Source: the human T2T-CHM13v2.0 reference genome, Homo sapiens. From it: a DNA stretch of 64,000 nt. Shown here piece by piece: positions 51,101 through 64,000 of this stretch (positions are counted from its first letter, which is position 1; each line of letters begins with the position of its first letter). The notes beneath the pieces were generated by a model. The model saw only the letters and a list, made by a program, of their open reading frames with translations. It searched no databases and was not told the DNA's origin. The stretch is taken from NCBI RefSeq assembly GCF_009914755.1, contig NC_060925.1, one strand, 5' to 3'. The position numbers and the translations under genes are program-made.

Positions 51101-52339
51101 CATATTTTACCTTTTAAATTTTGACTCTTGAGAGAAGGTTTTTTGTTCATTAAGAATTCTAAAATGTTGAATATATGTTGCGAAAACAAAATCTTTTGGA
51201 TTTCTACCTTGTCTTGAAGGATTTTAAGATGAACTTGAGAATAGATATTGGCGTGTGGTGGTCAAATGAGAAAAATTTCCCTTCCCAAATGGATTAACAG
51301 TAAAGACTAGATGGTTGGCAGAGAATCAGAGAGTCTGTGACTAGATCTCATAGACTCTAAGAAGTGACCATCTCTTCCCTACACTTTGGGTTGAACTAAA
51401 AAAAAGACAGGGAGGCTAAAAAATTCATAAATAGATTTGAAGTGTCTTGGGGGCATAAATGGCATCACTGTCCTTTCCATAATATAACCCAGTAACAACT
51501 AAATCTTCAAAAAGTATGTTAAACATGGTACCTTTGCCAAAGGCTCAAGCAGCTTGTCTTTAGGACAAGTAGAGTCATGATGTATGACAGCTATGTCTAG
51601 ATAAGAGTATTTGTAGGCATTCTCAGATGGTCAATAAAAACAGTGGGTGTCAAGAACCTAAACCAGATGAGTTACAACATAGCTGAGGTCAGGGAGAAAG
51701 AGAGAGGTACCTGTCAAGATCAGTATTGCTCCAAGTATTTCAGTTCTCCCTGTAGGCCTAAAGTAAGATCAAAATGTCTTACTACTTGTGCCCAGATGGG
51801 ACCTTGGGGCTACTTCTGGTTGATGATTGTCAGCAGAAATGGGAAATGGGATATTCCATGTCTAGAATGAGCATTTGATTTCCAATAGTAGGCTCTCCAA
51901 AGCACTTTTTCCCTTCGTTTACAGCTACCAGTAACATATCACATGTCTTTTCTTTTTCAGATAATTTTGCTGTTATCATGAGCACCACAGAAAAGATAAT
52001 AACAATAAAAGGTAGAACTATGCATTGGCCCTTGAAGGACAAGTAGCAGAAGCAAGAAATGAAACCATTGAGATTTTGAGGTTGTTACTCCAAGCATCCC
52101 GGGTAATCTTGACTAAGACAGAAATAAAAGCAGGTGACCTTCCCTTAATTCCAGGACAATATAGAGCTCTAAAAAGTAATTCTGACTTGGGGAGAAATAA
52201 TAGAGAAATAATCCGCAAACTCTGAGTTTATAAAGAAGAGAAATAAATTGTTTAATAGAGTATCATGGGCTATATTATTATTAGTCACCTTTAACATATT
52301 TGCGTATTTGCTATATCTGCTGATATGTAAAAAATAAAT

Positions 52340-53850
52340 TAGCTATTCAGCCACACAAAGTAATGGAGGAGCTTTAAATGCATATTACTAAGTGAAAAAA
52401 GCCAGTCAAAGGACTACATATTGTATAATTACAATTATATGAAATTCTGAAAAAGGCAAAACTATATAGAGATAGTAAAAAGTTTGGTGGTTGGAGAAGA
52501 GAGGAGGACCAAATAAATGAAATACAAGGGAATTCTAGGATAGTGAAACTATTCTTTATGATTCTTTAATGGTGGATGCATGACGTTATGCATTTATCAA
52601 ATCCTGTAGAACTTTACTACAAAAAGAATAAACCATAATATTTGCCAATTTTAAAAAGTTATGCAGGAAGTCAGGGTATCCTAGGAAAGAATGCAGATTA
52701 TGACAAACATGAGGATTTCACTGTATTACAAATGAAATATTCTAACAAAGGTGGTGAGGGAAAGGGGCTGACGGAAGTAACTGAAAATAGAGTCTACATA
52801 ACTAAAGAAAAAGACGCTGCACATAAGCACTCTAATAAAGTTTCTTTTACGAGGACAGTTTAACAATTTTGATGATACTGTACATGTGTACTGGCATTGA
52901 ACAATTAAGAAATGAATGGCAAATGCGAACCTGATTTCTGACTGCTGGAGTGGAAATTTACAGATCAGCAACAGGAGGAGCTATATTGATCCATGCTATA
53001 ATGGGTTAGAGTTGGAGATATTATTAAGAATTCATGTTTAACTAAAATAGAGGCAGATGGTTAAATACAGAAGTATTTATAGGTGTGTATACACACTCAG
53101 GTTAGCAAACACTTATATTGTATATTCCTTTGCTTCATTGGCTAAGAGAAACTAAAAGAAGCAACATCCCAGTAGCAAAAGCACGTTTAGTACCCAAATC
53201 TTGATTTCTAACATCATTATCCAATAAGATGAACAAGCGTTCCTTGGCAAAATGGCAGATTCTAGGACTGAGGCAGAAAATATACAAGATGAGTTTAGGG
53301 TGTCTTACAGTACCCGAAAGTAAAGAAGTGCTAAAGGAAAGAAAAAAATACATTGATGGAACTATGTCAAAGTGGCATAGGAACCATCTGCACGAGCTCC
53401 CAAAGACCAAAACTGGAATAATTTCAGCAATTTCATCTCCACCTGCCAAATCCATCACCTCAGTCTAGTCATGAGGAAAACAAGACAAATTCTGATAGAA
53501 TAGCAGTCTAAAATATACCTGACCAATACTTCTCAAAAACTGAAAAGGTCATCAAAGCCAAAGAAAGTTCTGAGGAATAGTGGCTGCTAAGATGAGCTTA
53601 AAGAGATGTGACAACTTCATGTATGTTGTATCCTTGATGGTATCTGGAATAGATAAAGGACATTCAGTAAAAATTAGGGAAGTCTAAGTAAACAAAAAAA
53701 ACTGTAGTTAATATAGCATATAATATCCCTTTATTAATTGTAACAAATGTAGACTACAAATGCAAGATGTTAATAGGAAAAACTGTCTTTTGGGTATGTT
53801 ATGCTCAACTTTTCTAACAACCTAAAATTTTTCTTAAAATGTTTATTTAA
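52340..53850 (+). mobile_element. L1MC3-like 3' end
   Basis: aaatgcatattactaagtgaaaaaagccagtc...aaaatatacaagatgag...ttaattgtaacaaatgta...aagatgttaatagg. Confidence 0.8.
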
Positions 53851-56800
53851 AATGGTATATACAGTAGGATTCTTATAACACTTATATCCTTTTATTTACC
53901 TTCTATCTCTATATATTTATCTGTCATATATATATAGATATATATACATATATACACACATAGCTTAGAAGTCAGAAGTCAGACAAAATACAATTTTGTT
54001 TAAATGATATTCATTTTAAAATTAAGATTTTACCACTTCTGAAGTTCTGGTGAATATCAGCATCATGTAAGAAAATTATTGGAATACAAATAAATATCTA
54101 AAATTTTATCTAAAATTGTAATTTTATTATTAAAAAATTTGCAATTAACTTTAAAGTTACAAATTGCAGGGCTGGAACTATGATTTCTCTGCACTGATGG
54201 CTGCCAGATTACTTCATTACTCTTATGTACATTACTGAATACCTTTTTAAATGAAGTTTAGTGAATGAGGAATTTTTTTTAATATCTCACTTTTTTTATG
54301 GTACCCTATTTGCTTCATTATATCTGGACCAATTTTGAATAATCTGATATGGTCTCATTTGTGATTTCCTTGTTTTTTCAACCAGTTAAAATTTGAGATA
54401 ACAAAAGTAACTTCTATTTTATTTTACCCTCGCAGAATGTGGGTATTTATAAGTAGGATTTCTTTCAAAATTGATGGTATGAAAATCATTAAATTTTAAA
54501 ACATTACTTTAATTTAAAATTATTAAAGCTTTAATAACATTATAAATATTGAAATATCAAATAATTATACAAGATTAGAATTACAATATCCAAATGCTAT
54601 TATTATTTTATCAATCAACTTTTTATAAATATTTGGTACAAAGACTATAGTATTTTTCAAAAAATTCTCCAGCTAAAATACTTTCTAAATACATTTTAAT
54701 CGACTCTGAAACTTTATTATGTTGTTTTGGTAGGAATTAAACAATTTTTATAATCATTATTATCTCAGCAATTGAGTAAATAATATACTTTTATGTGTTT
54801 ATTGAATAATATAATTTTAATATAGAAAGAGTATAAAAAACCTTTACTCCAAATTACACATAAAATGCCTTCCTATAAGTGAAAGTAAATGTTTGATATT
54901 ATTAGTACATTCAAATCCATAACTCTTTGTATCACTAAAGTTGTTAGACTTTATAAATCAAGAACAAGTTTATTTATGAATATATATAAATTCAAAATAA
55001 TGAATGTAATAAATAGTAATACCATTTTTATATTATTAGAAATTGTAATGAGTATTCATCTGCTCATAGGACTTCCAAAAAGTGATTTTCTCCAATTCTG
55101 AAACAAAACGTAAATGTGTTCTATGTTTAAATCTATTCAAACTTTTCTGTAACTTTTATGCCAATGTATCTGAAAGCATATTTACCAGATGCTCACTAAC
55201 ATCCTTGCATTTTTCTCTCTTATATATGTTTGTTTCTGTCTTAAAAATAAGCATGTATAATTTTTACACTATTTGTAACATTATAATTTTCAAGTGTCAC
55301 TCATGATCCAACATGAAGACTGTTTTTATCTAATAAAAGGTTGGAATGTCCTTATTCATAGCTCATACTCAGAAAGGTCAAGCAAAATTAGTACTGCATT
55401 TGTATTTACAAGATGTTAAACAATTACTCACAAGTAGGCTAATTTTAGTACCTTTGTGCCATGTGGAGATTAATCCCTTTCTTGAAGGTGTCATGTAGAT
55501 TGTTGTTTGTCAGTTGATTGTGCAATTGAACAGTTTAATCACTTCTTGCTCTTCATTGCAGGCAGGAAGAGTTGGAAATTAGCTTTAAGAAGTCTAAATT
55601 TAGAGACATTGTTTAAGCTGTAACATTAGAAAATTTCTTCATTAAATTATCACACCCCTGTGCATACACACAAACAAAAATGGATTAGTTTAATAGAAAG
55701 ACTAAATCAAAACTTAACTAGTATTGTTATTTTTGAGACAAATATTAATGCCAGAATTTTGACATTTTCTAGTGTCATATATGTGCTAATGTACTATTTT
55801 GTCATTTTGTTTGTGTTTGAAATGGTATATATACTATGTAAACTAAATTATTTATTAGGCATTTATTTTGTTTAAGAGTATATAGTAACATCACAAATTT
55901 TATTTTGTAAGATAATATTTTGCTAAAATTGATCTCAGATTCATGATATACAAAATAAAAGTAATAGAACCTCAAACTATCACTATCTATGTTGTCTTTG
56001 GTTGCTCTTTTATATAATATTATAATTAAGAATGGAGAGATTTGTTTATGTTGCCATTTATGACACCATTTGTGTTGTGTTGCAAACTTAAACTTTGGAG
56101 CAGAGAAACTTGCTGAAAAAAAAAACAACTTGTATAAATTAAATAAGAAACTGAAACACATTTTAAATATTTTGATTTCAGGTCATATCTTTTAAAATTT
56201 TATTTCTTTTCAGTGTACATCAATTTTTAAATTTTGATTTCTTTTATCTTATGAAGTTGAGTACTTAGATCATTTATGTTCAGTGTTTTCTCTACTTTTT
56301 TCATCATTAAATATTACCTTTTTCTTTCCTTATTTTATTTTTTACAAGCATGCAACAAAGCAATTCCTTCATGCATAGTTACTGGATATGTAAATCATTG
56401 CATTTTATTTTGAGGCCACTACATATGAAATCCCTTTAAAATCTGCATTCATTCAACCAACAATTTCATCTCTGTGCATACTCCACAATTAATTATGTGT
56501 ATGTGCAATGAATTTTCCTCATGGATATATAATCACATTGCTGCTAATAGAAGAAGAAAAAAGGAAATAACACAAATATCCAAATCTTGGATCTTAGGAA
56601 ATTAAGCAATGCTATAATCATACACAATTTCTTTGGGTTTCCTTAAACTTTCATGAAAACATTTAACAGCAGGCAACAATGCACACTATGTGTTAGTGTA
56701 GAAGAAGGTAAGATTAATGATTAAAGATAAATCAACCCAAAAAAATTCTATACATAAAAACAACAAATAACGTAAAATGCTAAAATAATCTATGTAAAAT

Positions 56801-56859
56801 CTTTCAGACTCAAAAGTAATGTTTACGTAGAAGAAAAGAGAGAGCTATACCTCACAAAA

Positions 56860-57010
56860 AAATATTAGCTCTGTCACTAGCTATCAGTATGATCATTAAC
56901 AATTCACTTAACCTGTTTGGGTCTCAGTTCCTAATAGTTAAAATAGGGATAAATACAGATGAGGACATATTAACTTCATAGATTTTTGTGACTATGTTAA
57001 TTGAGGTAAA
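56860..57010 (+). mobile_element. MIR
   Basis: agctctgtcactagct...cacttaacctgtttgggtctcagttcct...aaaatagggataa. Confidence 0.7.
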
Positions 57011-57049
57011 ATGCATTTTTAATCTATTTGTTACATGTTAAAAATCATT

Positions 57050-57258
57050 ATGAAGGTATAATTGTGATACAAAAATTGTACATATTTTGTGTACATATTT
57101 CGATACATTTGAACTTATGTATACACTTATAATACTATCACCACAATAAAGGTGCTAGACATATCTATCACCTCTAAAAATTTCCTTGTATTCTTTTTGT
57201 GTGCATGCGTTAAAAGAATACTTATCATGGGCACTATCGTCTTAACATATTTTAAATT
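57050..57258 (-). mobile_element. L1MA/MB 3' end fragment
   Basis: tacaaaaattgtacatattt...atcaccacaataaaggtgctagacatatctatcacctc. Confidence 0.65.
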
Positions 57259-57386
57259 TGTTAAAAGAAAAACTTTAGACACAATAAATTTAACAGTTTA
57301 TTTGAGGAAAAAATGATTCATGAATCGAGCAGCTCTCAGAATCAGGTTTGCAGAGCTCCTCCTAGCAGTGTGAGCAATGAGATTTT
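57259..57386 (-). mobile_element. MER57/LTR54-like LTR 3' end
   Basis: tgttaaaagaaaaactttagac...gattcatgaatcgagcagctctcagaatcag; same family as 17740-17888. Confidence 0.75.
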
Positions 57387-57434
57387 GGTGGCCGCGGAAA
57401 GTAGGAACGAGAGAGCTGGAGCACGCCCCCTACC

Positions 57435-58500
57435 TCTTTGGCCTCTGTGGTTGCTGGCGTCTCACTCAGGTTTTTGGGTGCCACTGTGTTCCCCTCATCC
57501 AGACCCTGGTACTTGCAGCGGAAGCCGCCTGTGGTACACCTGGTCCAGCTGCAGCCTCGCAAGGAGCTGGTGCCGGTGCCGGTTCCTGGAGCTGCATGCC
57601 CTGCCGCAGCAGCTGGCGTGCCTGGCTGTGTGCAGTGGCCAGACCCCACGATCACTTGCTCACAAACCCCTTGCCACTCTGTACCTGGCTCTGTGCCTGG
57701 CTTGCCTTTGGCAGCCGTGGGATCCAGGGTGGTAGCGTGAGCCGAGTGCAGCTTGCCAGGTCGAGTGGGTGGAACCAGCCCAGCAGGCATGAGGAAAACT
57801 CAAGCAGAGGTACCACCGGCTACTGGGGCTGGTGAAGCAACACCCCAAAAAGTCCTGCATCATTTTAAGTGGCTCATCCGGGATCTGTAGATGTGTGAGT
57901 AAAAGCGGACTTGCTGCTTTTCTGTCCTTTTTTTTTTTTTTGAGTCCCTAAACTCCACAATAGCTAAAATGAAAGAAAAACACCGGGCCTCTGTCAGCCA
58001 GTTAAGGGCTGTCAGACTTAAGACATGGAGGACAGGTTTGCAGGCAAGGACACTGTCAATCCCCCTGTCGCCTTCAGGTGTTGGGAAATGTTGGCTTTTT
58101 TCCAATCCAGTTTCCCTTCTCAGAGGTCTAGCCATTGCCTCGGCGTGGAATAAGGTCCTGGAGGAAATGAAGGCATCTGGCTGAGGCCACACCTTGGTGT
58201 TGCCTGAGGGCCCCTAGACCAGCTCCAGTCCCTGACAGCCCATTAGGGTGTCAGCACTAGGATCTCCAGTCTTTCCTATCACATTTTCTGTCTTTCGTGG
58301 TTGTCATAACTCCTATCTCTTCTTTGTATTCAGTGTTGAGGATGTTGTTTCAAAGCACAGAGATATTTCTGGGTAGAATCAGCACTTGGCTTAGTCATCT
58401 GGAGTATAATTCAGAGCAGTATTATTTCTGTCTATTCTTAGAATCAAGAGGGATGTAACACGTGAGAGTTTTCTTTCCCCTGTTGAAGGAACCCATTTCC
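57435..58500 (+). mobile_element. MER52-like LTR 3' part (to 57862) plus PBS and truncated internal leader
   Basis: ggtccagctgcagcctcgcaaggagc...gagccgagtgcagcttgccagg...tcctgcatca; PBS-Pro-like ggctcatccgggat at 57871-57884; splice donor gtgagt at 57895-57900. Confidence 0.8.
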
Positions 58501-60584
58501 AAACTTTAAAATGTGCTCTCATTTCTTTGTCTTACTGCACTGATTTCTGAGCTCCTTTCCTCTATTTAACTTCTCCATTTTAGTATATTTTTCCATATTT
58601 ATGGTAAGTTCACCATGAAAATAACATTAATTAGTTATCTATAAATATATGTTCATGGATAGTATACAAATTTATTGCATTAGATTTGAGGCATCTAGCC
58701 ATAGAATCACTATTTTTTCTTTGAATTTTGATACAATTAATCAACATGTGTCCTTGTATTAAAAACATTATATTTGTAACACACTCTCTTATGTACCAGT
58801 ACCATTAAATGGTTATGCTTAGAATTTTCAGTTTATATTTACTGGACGGTCATGCATAGACTTTTTTGGGTATGTAATAATTCTTTCTTAACACTTAGAA
58901 AATTTACTTGAAAATTTGAAGGACACTTTTAGACACATAGTCATAGATTGTTCTAACTTACATGACCCTTATGCATATGTTAGGAAGACAATACAGGTTA
59001 ATTAATTGGTTAAATGTTTCTAAAATGTCTTCACAGTTGGCTTACCTTTCTAAAACACTTTTAAATCATCTGTCATTGTCTTCTTTTTCCAAATAATTAT
59101 ATTTTCTATGGCAACAAGAGAGATGATATTGCAGGCTTTCTTAAAAGATCACTTCACTCTTGTTTCTAGTGTTTTCTTCCAAATCAATAAATACGGAATT
59201 TTAACAGAAAATGTTAAAGATGGGTTTTGAACAATGAGAAAATATATTTCTTTCTCAGATGTTTCTTAGGTGGAAAGAAGATTTCTGATCTACAGTCATA
59301 ACACCAAGATTGACATCACTGTTACTGTTAAGCCAGCAGTAATTTTGTGATGTTATTGCTTGCGTGTTGAATTTAATGATACTAATATATTAAGAAAAAA
59401 TGTTTACTTGAGAACCTTTGAAATGTAATACATGCATAGTGTAATCTCATATTGAGTTATGTTTATTTTCCATAATAAACCATAGTCAGCAATATCATCT
59501 TACTATTTTAATAAATAGTATGATACAATTATCTAGAATATTATCTAGAATTTTTATTACACTTTTGTAGGCCTGAAAATGCTTACTTTATCTCTCTCTG
59601 TCTCTCTCTGTCTGTCTCTCTCAGATCTTTTTATCAGGTTCTGATAAATTAAATTTAATATTTTTAAATAGAAACAAAACTTTGGAAGGATTAATCTAAA
59701 TTGGAAATAAGTTTTTTCCAGAATAATAATGAAAAATGAACCCTAAAATTTTCTAGATACAGTAACTTTCAATAATAATTATATTTTGACATTTTATACT
59801 GTTTTCATTCAAAACATTTATTTAATTTTCAACATGAAAAAGTTGATTACACCTAGGAAAGCTTGGAAATCACCATTCTTGCATCTTCATATTTTCCCTT
59901 TTGAACTCAATAATATTGTATTCATAAAATACAATATTCATTAAATACAATATAGTATTTCTGCGTATTTTCCATTATTAAGTGGCTTTACAACTTGTAT
60001 ATTCTTTCTCAAGAACTCTTTTGGACACTAGAATTACTTATGAAATTATGCACTACTGATTTATATTTAAACACTTATAACTTATTACCTACTTTTAATT
60101 AAAATATTAACACTTTAAACATGAAGCTGTAGGCATATATAATATAATAATAGAACATAAATATCTCTATCCTCAATACTGCTTTCTAAAATTGACCTCT
60201 GATAAAATATGGGGGTAGTCTTTCAGATGCTTTGCTATGTTTAACTAGCAAAGTGTAAATTGCAGAATAATATACATTTTATTGTGCTATTTTTTGAAAA
60301 TAATACAGGTAATATATTCCTAATGTATATTATTACAAAATAAGTCATAATGAACAAATTGCTATAAAATATGATTTCTGTTACACATGTATTATATTGA
60401 AATTTATGTAGTCACTACACATAAATTGTTTAAAAAGTTTTAATTGTTGAATAGTATTCTGTTACTGAATGTGTTAAAGTCTGCCCAGATATCTTAGATG
60501 TTGAAACTTACTCTCCTTTTGTCAGGGTTATCATTTATCCGTTATAAATAATGCTTCAATAAGAATATCTGTGCATATATTTCT

Positions 60585-60894
<310 letters not shown>

Positions 60895-61814
60895 CTGTGC
60901 ACATATTTCTATCATTTGTAGGAAGGATTCTACCAAATAAAACCTTGAATATTAAAAGTTTGCCTTAATGTATGTACATATTAATTTTATATCTCTACTG
61001 CTTAATTGGCAACCAGAAAGCTTGTGGTGAATTTTATTCACAGCAATCATGACTCAGAGTTCAGTGCTGAGTCATAGGTTGAGGACACTTTAAAATTTAG
61101 AACAAAACTATTAGATAATCTATACTGTAAGTGTTTAGTTTTCCCTAGTTATGCTGTATTTGCATTTTTATATGTTTATGAACTTTTAAATATTTCAGTT
61201 GGTGGAAATAAAGTGTTCAATCCCCTTGTTCAGTTTTGTAGAATTTTGTTTCACTTTTAGAAAGCTAAGACAGTGTCTATGACAATCATATATAAATCAA
61301 ATTGTGCATTGTATACCATTTGTTTGTTTGTTTTGGTAACAAATACATTTTAATGCTCTCAACATTTTATCTGATGTTTTTACATTATATTTGATGCAAT
61401 GTATGAAGAAAAATTGATATGTAGATGTTTTTTCTACAATTGTATATTTGTAAAACATCTATATATCAACTTACATGTGAGCAGGATTTATTTTTATGTT
61501 TAAAATTTTTGAAGAACTTTCACTTTATTGTTTGCTTGATACTTGGTGAGGTATTTTTATATGCACATTTCGATTTTTCATAAGATCAGGAAAGTAGACT
61601 TCTATTATAGCACTGAGTATCTTTTTCTGTCTTATTTTTTCTGGTTTCTTTGGACATCATTAACATGCATGAGTTTGCTCTTTTTTTTTTCCTCTGCAAT
61701 ATTCTCAGTTACTCATTTACCTTGGCAATCTACCTGCTTTTCTTTCTTATTTTCCAAAATATTAATTATTCTTGCCTTGACTCATCTTAATTCATATTCA
61801 CCTCAACTTTTTTT

Positions 61815-62950
61815 ATTTTTATAGAGCTGAAATTTATATAACATCCAATTAACCATTCTAAGGTGAGCAATTAGTAGCTTTAGTTCATTCACAATGTTGT
61901 ACAACTACCGTGTCTATGTCCAAGCTTTTTCATCACCCCAAAATAAAACCCTATATTCCTTGATACGGTTTGGCTCTGTGTCCTTACCCACATCTCAACT
62001 CGAATTGTAATACCCACATATCCAACATGTTAAGAGAGGATACTGTGGTCCCCACGTGTTGAGGGAAGGAAGTGATTGGATCCGAGGGCGGTTTCCCCCA
62101 TGCTGTTCTCATGATAGTGAGTGAGTTCTCGCAAGATCTAATGGTTGTATAAATGTTGGGAAATTCCTCCTGTGTCCTTTTTCTCTCTCCTACTGCCTTG
62201 TGAAGACGGTGCTTGGTCCCCATCACCTTCCGCCATGATTGTAAGTTTCCTGAGGCCTCCCCAGCCATGTGGAACTGTGAGTCAATTAAACTTTTTTCTT
62301 TATAAATTACCCAGTCTGAGGTAGTATTTCTTATAACAGTGTGAAAATGGACTAATACATCCATTAAGCAGTTTCTCCCCAATTTACTTATTATTTCCTG
62401 AGTCCTGGACAGCCACCAATTTACTTTCTGTCTCTATGGATTTAACTTTTCTGAGTGTTTCATTTAAATGGAATCGTACAATATGTGATCTTTCATTTTT
62501 TCAGTTAGAATAATTTTTCCCAGATTTATCCATGCTGCAGCATGTATCAGTATTTCACTCCTTTTATGGTTGTATAATATTCTATTGTATGTGTATTTCA
62601 CATATTGGTTAGCCATTCATCCTTTGAGCTATGGAAGGATATTTGGATTGCTTCAACTTTTGGCTATTTTGAATAATGTTGCCCAAATGGCCCTATACAA
62701 TTATTTGTTTTAGTACCTGTTCTCAATTATTTGAGTTGCATAGGAGTGAATTGCTGAGTCATATAATGATTTGATGTTAACTTTCTGAGGAGCTGCTGAA
62801 CTGTTTTTGACATCAGCAGAACTGATTTATAATTCCACTAGCAATGTCCAAGTGTTCCTATTTCTCCACGTCCTTGATAACATCTGCTATTTTACATTTT
62901 CGTGATTATATCCTCTATAGTAGGTATTTCATCTCAAATTTTTACTTCAT
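61815..62950 (-). mobile_element. L1MB-like 3' end interrupted by THE1D
   Basis: ttcacaatgttgtacaactacc...catcaccccaaa | ccattaagcagt...ctttctgtctctatggattt. Confidence 0.8.
61961..62359 (+). mobile_element. THE1D-like MaLR solo LTR
   Basis: tgatacggtttggctctgtgtcc...ggactaataca. Confidence 0.9.
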
Positions 62951-64000
62951 AATCTCATTTAATCTTGTATTTTACAGAATTTATCTTTTCTTGATGTCAT
63001 AATGCAGATACCATACAAAATCATGTTTCCAATGATAGCTCTATTCAAAGTGTTTTCTTCTTTTTCAAGTTGTTTAGAATCTTGTTTAGTTATTCTCTTT
63101 CCATGGACACTTCTCAGGATGTTTTCAATCACTCTTATATATAAAAGCAAAACATCTTATGGGGAAAAAAGTCCTGTTTTTTTGACCACTGCTGTAATGT
63201 TTATCTCAAAATTATAGTAATTTCTAGAATTAGCTGATGCAAGTTATTCATTCAGGAATTTATCAGACTGTGGAATCTCAGGAGAAAATGTGTGCTGTGG
63301 GATACTGATACCTAAACAGTGTAGTCAGTGTGGTTAAACTGACATCTTGAGAATTATCTTCATATATCTCTACATTTTTTCTTCTTATCAGTACTCAAAG
63401 TATATACTATGACATTTGTTAATTGCTGAATGCCTCATTAGCAGTGAGATACTCAGTGTTAGGGGTGACCCAGGTTCCTAGGGGCTGCCTGAATTTTGCA
63501 ATGGCAGTTGCTCTTGTACCTTTTCTGCATTGCTAGTTATGTGAGCTCTGGGTCTGCACTAGCAAGATGTAATCCATCTGCCTCTAACTCCACCCTTAGT
63601 TCTATTTTTTGCACTCTTAATTTATAGAGAGTCCTAATAGTTTTCTATGAGTATGACCACTTCTTTTTACCTCAATATACCCACTACTTTCTCAGGAAGG
63701 GTGTTTTTTGAATCCCCCAAGTCCTTTTTTATTCTAGAATAATGTGTACTATATTTAAAAGACATTCTTCCCTCCTCTAAATTCCAATACTAATACAGTT
63801 TCTCTGTCTTGCATTCTTTTTCATACTATGCATCCTTTATCACTCAACAAACATCTAGTCATTGCTTCCTAAGCATCAGACTCTTTTAAGCACTAATTAA
63901 TTCATTTGCTTTCTGGAGAGGGATGAGGGGCTGGATATCCTGCTCTCCTCTGCAGTCACCTTAGTTGGCATTATTTAAAAATTTGTTTTAAACTTTAATA

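Noticed and set aside
57313-58192. Overlapping 100-152 aa ORFs
   Set aside because: They lie within the GC-rich MER52-like LTR and leader and contain no retroviral or host protein motifs.

Overview
AT-rich primate (human-like) genomic DNA with no recognisable host protein-coding exon, RNA gene or CRISPR array. The window is mostly transposable-element debris: about 13 Alus, many old L1/L2/MIR pieces, two hAT DNA-transposon relics and an unusually rich set of ERV LTRs. The main structures are: (i) a solo HERV-H LTR7 (14060-14492); (ii) a three-level LTR nest, with LTR12C inside an LTR14B-like HML LTR inside a MER57-like LTR (15512-17888), each inner insertion keeping its target-site duplication (TSD); (iii) a complete but internally deleted MER50 (ERV1, MER4-group) provirus (26375-33377, TTTA TSD). 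The provirus has recognisable gag, NC, protease, RT and env-TM relics and a tRNA-His PBS copy built into both LTRs. Smaller oddities include a perfect 21-bp-arm GATA palindrome (3197-3240), a purine-only 26-bp VNTR grown from an Alu tail, a GGAAG array with a 13-bp period, a G-quadruplex-like tract and a tailless AluY. All ORFs in the supplied track look like repeat-derived or chance ORFs. Family and subfamily names are from my recollection of consensus sequences and need RepeatMasker/Dfam confirmation. I found no solid evidence of a new coding system; the best candidate novelties are regulatory or structural.
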